A stretch of DNA of 63,919 bases, filler included, from Globobulimina sp. (Eukaryota): NCBI GenBank assembly GCA_003354225.1. It is 44 parts of 44 records of this genome, joined end to end, with 100 filler letters (N's around TTAATTAATTAA, not from the genome) between each part and the next. Parts side by side here need not be neighbours in the genome. Positions count along the whole stretch, not along the records: positions 58,204 to 59,557 come from PIVH01018082.1; positions 59,658 to 61,011 come from PIVH01018083.1; positions 61,112 to 62,465 come from PIVH01018084.1; positions 62,566 to 63,919 come from PIVH01018085.1; 40 more parts are not named here. One strand, given 5' to 3'. Shown in pieces: positions 58,251-63,919 of this stretch. Made by a program: the position numbers and the translations under genes. The notes beneath the pieces are model-generated. The model saw only the letters and a list, made by a program, of their open reading frames with translations. It had not been told where the DNA came from and searched no databases. Each line of letters opens with the position of its first letter. Position 1 is the stretch's first letter.

Positions 58251-59540
58251 TTACAAATTATAAACAGTCCTTGCAAGTTTATACTGAAAGGAATTATTAA
58301 CCAATGTATTTTGTTGAATAGCTTTTAATATTTTTAATCTTTTCCGCATGCACCACCAAATAAAAAAGCCCCAACAAATGGCAGAACCAAATACACCAAA
58401 CACAATAAAAAAATGATAGTCACACTGTCTAAAATCGCAATTAAAACTGGAACCATCACCCTCCAAAATTGCCAATATTACAATACAAATAATGAGAATA
58501 ACTCCAATCACAAAGAAAATGGGCGCAAAAATATATCCTACACTCGGACAATACCATAAACGATAACCACTGATTACTGCACTGATCACTGCAAACCCTT
58601 TATATGTCAATGACAAATTATTAGGTTTTAGTGATTGGAATATTGATTTTTTAATCTCCAACAAAATGAGTGGTTCAGCATTTATAAATTGAATGCATAG
58701 CCGCGTAATGTCAGATATATAATTAAAATGTGGCAATAATGCGTTGTAAACCATTCGCTGATGTTCTGATTGTAAGGAAATAATAGCTTTATTTGGTCCA
58801 GATTCGAATAACCAAATCAAAGATTTATTGCTCCATAAATAATGATCCAAACCGTTCCATAATAAAAATGACCATAAAGTGCGAATAAATGCTGCCACCA
58901 ACAATGAATATGCAGGCAATTCATATGTGATACTGTAGGAGTCCATAGATATTATGTTTGTGCTCTTTGTTTGCAAATATTGCATGTCTGATAACACATC
59001 ATTTTCTATGTCTATTTGTAGCAACGAACGAGACATATTTCCATTCCCATCTGCATATTGGTAGAAAAATAAAGAGTCAAATAACTGTGCTGTGTCGATA
59101 ATTAATGATGTGATTGAATGCCATTTTAATAACGGTGACAATAACCATGGTAATGAGATAATGTATGCATCGATACCAGACAACAAATCAGTTGATGGCA
59201 AATGATATCGAATACGGAAATAAAAATTAAAAAATGTATAATAAATTAGAAGCAAAATCACTGCGAATAAAATACTTTCCATACAGCCATAAACTAATGA
59301 ACAAAGATGATTGTCTGACGATGGACACGTAAATACATGCACTTCATCAAATGTTGTGTATGAATTGAAATTCCAATGGAGTATCACCAAGACAATAAGG
59401 GTAAATATCGCACAAATTAATTCTCTGTATTTATGAATGCATTTATGGCAACGAGTATGTTTTCTTCTTGTTATATGATCAGGTATTCGTGACAAAACGC
59501 CATATTCATGATCTCCTTTTTGGCCTGTTCTGTAAAGCAT
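58251..59540 (-). CDS. Multi-pass membrane hypothetical protein
   Basis: 429-aa ORF with several TM segments. Confidence 0.6.
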   Translation of the reverse strand: MLYRTGQKGDHEYGVLSRIPDHITRRKHTRCHKCIHKYRELICAIFTLIVLVILHWNFNSYTTFDEVHVFTCPSSDNHLCSLVYGCMESILFAVILLLIYYTFFNFYFRIRYHLPSTDLLSGIDAYIISLPWLLSPLLKWHSITSLIIDTAQLFDSLFFYQYADGNGNMSRSLLQIDIENDVLSDMQYLQTKSTNIISMDSYSITYELPAYSLLVAAFIRTLWSFLLWNGLDHYLWSNKSLIWLFESGPNKAIISLQSEHQRMVYNALLPHFNYISDITRLCIQFINAEPLILLEIKKSIFQSLKPNNLSLTYKGFAVISAVISGYRLWYCPSVGYIFAPIFFVIGVILIICIVILAILEGDGSSFNCDFRQCDYHFFIVFGVFGSAICWGFFIWWCMRKRLKILKAIQQNTLVNNSFQYKLARTVYNL

Positions 59541-59719
59541 TATTGCTCAAAAATGTTNNNNNNNNNNNNNNNNNNNNNNNNNNNNNNNNNNNNNNNNNNN
59601 NTTAATTAATTAANNNNNNNNNNNNNNNNNNNNNNNNNNNNNNNNNNNNNNNNNNNNGAAACGCAAAGTAAATATTAGGCAAAACATGTACATATTATAT
59701 TAAAATAAAATAAAATAAA

Positions 59720-60159
59720 ATACTCAACGAATCCTCAAATAGCGAGACAAGATGTGCTTCCGTGGCAACTTGCAATGCCATCAAAGCAGTAGCTTGGAAT
59801 CGCAAATCCGGTTTGTATTTATTTGCGATCTCTTTGACAAGCCTTGAAAATGGTAATTTCCGTAATAATAAATCGGTGGAACTCTGATATTTTTTAATCT
59901 CTCTCAATGCTTTTGTCCCTGGTCTGCTTCTATATTTTTTTTTGTTTGGTGAATAAATATCTGGTTCTTCGCGACTTTTTGATGATTTTGGACGTGCTGA
60001 TTTTGATGATTTTGATGTTTTCGATGATGTTGTTTTGGTTTTAGATTTTTTTTTATGTTTTGTTTTAGATTTTTTTTTATTCTCAGTTACAACTGACGAT
60101 GATGGACTTGGTGTGGACATTGTTTTAGATTTACGTGATTTGTGAATGCTTCTTGCCAT
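59720..60159 (-). CDS. Histone H3 variant with a long divergent tail (CenH3-like), first exon
   Basis: [33 protein letters not shown]...[21 protein letters not shown], followed by a GTTGAGT intron donor. Confidence 0.85.
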
Positions 60160-60674
60160 ACTCTTGAAATATTTGAAATAAAAATTGTTAAGAGTTTTTT
60201 GTTGTGTTTAAGTCATGGCACGTAAAAGGAAGCTAACACCTGACCAAGATTTTTGGAACCATATTCATAAAATATTATATTGGATCCAATCCATAAAATC
60301 ATGTTTGAATCCAATTGTTCTGAATGTAAAGATGATTGTATGGAACAATTGAATTTATGTGTTGGTTGTAACAGAATGTATATGAATATTTATATTGTTT
60401 AAAATACGTAATCGTAGGATAGTACATTTAGATCATATTGATTGGCGGAACACATATAAATGTTCAAAATGTGCATGGTGGATTAATGGATTATGTGGAC
60501 ATATGATATGTAATAAATGTGAGAGAGATGGATCAGAGACACCAGATTACACAGTTGACTTTTTAGGTTTTTTAAAGTTTTCTGCGAACACGAAATTGAG
60601 CTATCACCAAAACAACATTAAAAATATGAAAGAAAGATAATAATTATCAAAATACAGCAGATTTAATTTCATTT

Positions 60675-60889
60675 TCAAACTGTAAATATAGTTTTTTTTA
60701 ATTTTTGATACTCATTTTTCCTTCGAAATCTGTTATACGAATCTCTCATTAATTTATACATTTCATTACAAACTTCCTCATACAAATCAACGTAATCTCT
60801 AAAATCAAATTCATCCAATGATTGATATGTACCATCCCTATCACTATTTTTTCCAAATAATTTTATAAATCGAACTCTTAAACTCCATT
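60675..60889 (-). CDS. RGS domain C-terminal fragment (not in the ORF track)
   Basis: Hand translation: ...LYEEVCNEMYKLMRDSYNRFRRK...*; the upstream part YLKYIAIGSEYEVNIEW lies on the + strand at about 60912-60963. Confidence 0.7.
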
Positions 60890-61011
60890 AAAAATTAAAT
60901 CAAAAAAATTGTATTTGAAGTATATTGCAATTGGCAGTGAATATGAAGTAAATATTGAATGGAGTTTAAGAGTTCGATTTATAAAATTATTTGGAAAAAA
61001 TAGTGATAGGG
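60836..61011. repeat. Perfect 54-bp inverted repeat (60836-60889 / 60958-61011), fold-back junction
   Basis: Exact reverse complement running to the contig end. Confidence 0.9.
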
Positions 61012-61122
61012 NNNNNNNNNNNNNNNNNNNNNNNNNNNNNNNNNNNNNNNNNNNNTTAATTAATTAANNNNNNNNNNNNNNNNNNNNNNNNNNNNNNNNN
61101 NNNNNNNNNNNTGAGACAAAAA

Positions 61123-62465
61123 TTAAATATCAGCAAGGTGTGAATAATAATTAAAAATAGGTGTTTTACAATTTAGCGGTAATGTATTCATATATATATA
61201 TTTAATATATCCACAAACAAGATCAGCTTTTAATTTCCCAAAATATTCAATTAATATATTTTTTAATAATGTATATAACGATAATTTAATATGAATTGGC
61301 CCGTTCATATCATCCACACACAACGAATGAATCACATTATTGCTGCGATTAATAATCAGCTTACAATATTCACCCAACTCAATTCTTATACTTTTGTTAT
61401 ATTTAAATCTTTTCTCAAACAACAAATCAAATATCCACAACTCTTTCAATTTGTGATAAAACACAAACAAAAAATGTTTAAATCCTAAAATCACCGAATA
61501 ATCCGCAAAAACCCCAAACGTATAATATGGTAATTTTAACGTAGATTTCTTCCATTTTATTAATTTTTTATCACCAATGTCTATATAATAAATATCATTA
61601 TACCACATTCTATAAAACGATGGCTTGCTATCACTCATTCCAAAGATGTATATCCTTTTCATCCCATCAAAGGATACATATATCACATCATTCACTTCCC
61701 AAATATATTTATGTTCAATTCCATTGAATCCAACTTCTTTAAACATCATCAATGACCGATCAAATTTTGCAAACCGACCATTACCAAATATATACAATAA
61801 ACCATCCACAATCAACGATGCAGTGACTTCAATATCGATCAAATTATATTTTACAGACTCACTCATCGAAGTTACATTCCATTGTTTGCTTTTTAAATCC
61901 AATATGGACCAGGTTGGAAAACAATAAATATGTAATTGTTGGTTTATATCGTCCATTGTGGCCTATAATACATAGAAAACATAATGTAATCAATCCACAT
62001 TATTACATAAACCTACCTTAAAATATGCTTTTGGTGGCACAGGATATGAAGCTAAATATTCCAAGGAATGATAATTAATATCATACCGATACACACCGGC
62101 GGCGTATTCACTGTTAAACGTATTCCACTCCGTGCAACAAATGATGTATTCTCTGTTCATCACCGCATCTGAATAATATAATATTTTCTCGGTATGACAG
62201 GGCAATATTGGCGGTGACTGCAGTTTAATTTGGTGAATAAATAGCGAATGTTTATTTGATTTCGATTTATAAATATCATACGAAGGATGTGCTTTTATTT
62301 TACTGCTCCGTTTGTCAATCCATTCGTATTGACCTGAGACATCATTGTAAATACAGACGCTGCAATCACTCATTTGCATAATTTTACAAATCTTCCATTT
62401 ATAGTCCAAGTCATTGCGAATATATAACGAGTCCAACTCATATTTGTCCAGCCAATGTTCGCCGG
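61123..62465 (-). CDS. Kelch-like beta-propeller protein (intron 61963-62016), partial
   Basis: The two ORFs join in frame across GTAGGT...ATAG; LYIFG and IYIFG blades. Confidence 0.65.
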
Positions 62466-62639
62466 NNNNNNNNNNNNNNNNNNNNNNNNNNNNNNNNNNN
62501 NNNNNNNNNTTAATTAATTAANNNNNNNNNNNNNNNNNNNNNNNNNNNNNNNNNNNNNNNNNNNNATTCCCAAAAATTCCCCCCCCCCCCCCCTCCTGGG
62601 CGAAAGTTATTATATACATTTTTTGATTCAATTATCTGA

Positions 62640-63917
62640 AAAAAAGCAGATCTTATCAATGAAACAAATGATGACTATCCCACTCCATCCTCGTCCTCAT
62701 CAAACACTCCACAAAAACCCAACCCCGAAGAAAGTGCAAAAAGGTTACCACCAATAGTTCAGAAACAATACAATGAAATCACCATCAACCAACAAGCTAA
62801 ATCACCAAAAGCTACCCAATTACCATCATACCCAAATAATAATACTCAAAGTATTGAAAACACATTACAAGTAATTACGTTACCAAATAATAAAAATGAT
62901 GATCTGTCAAATGAAGTGCCTTCCATCCACAGCAAGGATGAGGATATCAAACCTTCTTCACCAGCAACTATCAGATCTGTCAGATCACCAAATCAACATA
63001 AAATTACAAGCGGTTTTATTTATAATATGGATATTACAGAATCCGATGAGCGAATATTGAAGCCTCCAACTTTACAATTTGCAACACCCCAAACAACAAA
63101 GACAAGCGGACCCACCAATGCAAGTAAACAAACATCATTGAGACCAACCGGATATTTGCCAGTCGTAACCAGAAATGATGCAATTTATGATTTAGCACAA
63201 GAGACGAGATTAGGAGAAAGGGAATCATTTACAAATAAATGGTTAACTGCGGCAAATATCGATAATCCAATTCTGCTGTCACCAGAACAGAGTCATACGA
63301 ATATTATTAATATGCAAGATTTGATTGTTACTGACGATCTATTGAATAACACACCGAATTATAATTATTCTCAGCAATCAGTAAATGTTAACGCAGATAA
63401 TTCGAATGTTATTGATACTTACAATGAAATGCTAGATTATGAGGAGGAGAAACATGATATGAACATAGATGATGAAAGTAGAGAGACTGCAAAGTCACCG
63501 ACAGAGATTAAAATTATTTCTGAATTAAAATGTGAAGCAAATCAATCGGAATTATGGTTTACAGCACGTTGTGATTCTCCATCAAGCAAAGAGTCGCATG
63601 AATCATTTTGGAATGAATTAATTGGAGATTTAGATAAAAATAATGATTTTGAGGCATTGTGTAAATTTGAAGACTTTACACACAATAAATTAAGATGCAA
63701 AATTGATGGTAAATGGACGCGACGATTTGTGCAAAAACGAACAAAGCCAAAAATATTAAATTCTTTACATAGAGAACGGATTGATTTATTAATTAAATAT
63801 ATTTGCCAAGATCATGAAATATGGAAAAAGAGAGAAAACGTTTATGTTAATTTAGCATTGCGATGCAGATTAAATTGCGAGTCGACCAATCAATGGCGAT
63901 TAGTGTTGGAAAAATAT
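62640..63917 (+). CDS. Hypothetical protein, open to the window end (not in the ORF track)
   Basis: Hand translation gives an apparently uninterrupted frame KADLINETNDDYPTPSS...QWRLVLEKY. Confidence 0.55.
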
Positions 63918-63919
63918 AA

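Noticed and set aside
1-63919. Operon or gene-cluster interpretation of neighbouring genes (for example expansin next to Nod)
   Set aside because: The contigs are ordered by length, not by genomic position.

Overview
This window is not one locus. It is 44 unrelated contigs of 1354-1356 bp, sorted by decreasing length and joined by an artificial 100-nt linker (44 N + TTAATTAATTAA + 44 N), so gene neighbourhood across linkers has no meaning. Most contigs are AT-rich eukaryotic genomic DNA with short GT-AG introns (35-82 nt). The gene repertoire (RGS, Kelch, RCC1, MYND, 7TM, ART-like, Pro/Thr-linker secreted proteins) suggests a foraminiferan or other rhizarian single-cell assembly; this is an inference. 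Several contigs look like amplification chimeras, and two are bacterial (a toxin-antitoxin cluster and an IS5-family element). Main findings: (1) 8738-9826 encodes a qNOR-family protein carrying the His->Asn and Glu->Gln active-site changes characteristic of putative nitric oxide dismutase (Nod), in what looks like host DNA. (2) Contig 50934-52287 has an exact 119-bp terminal direct repeat, so it represents a 1235-bp circle or tandem unit. It is almost filled by one 397-aa hydrophobic ORF that reads through the junction and faintly resembles Cox2. (3) Smaller items include a copia LTR with a half-tRNA-type PBS, a CenH3-like histone, a multi-domain expansin-like protein and two Cys/Asp-rich CaaX proteins.
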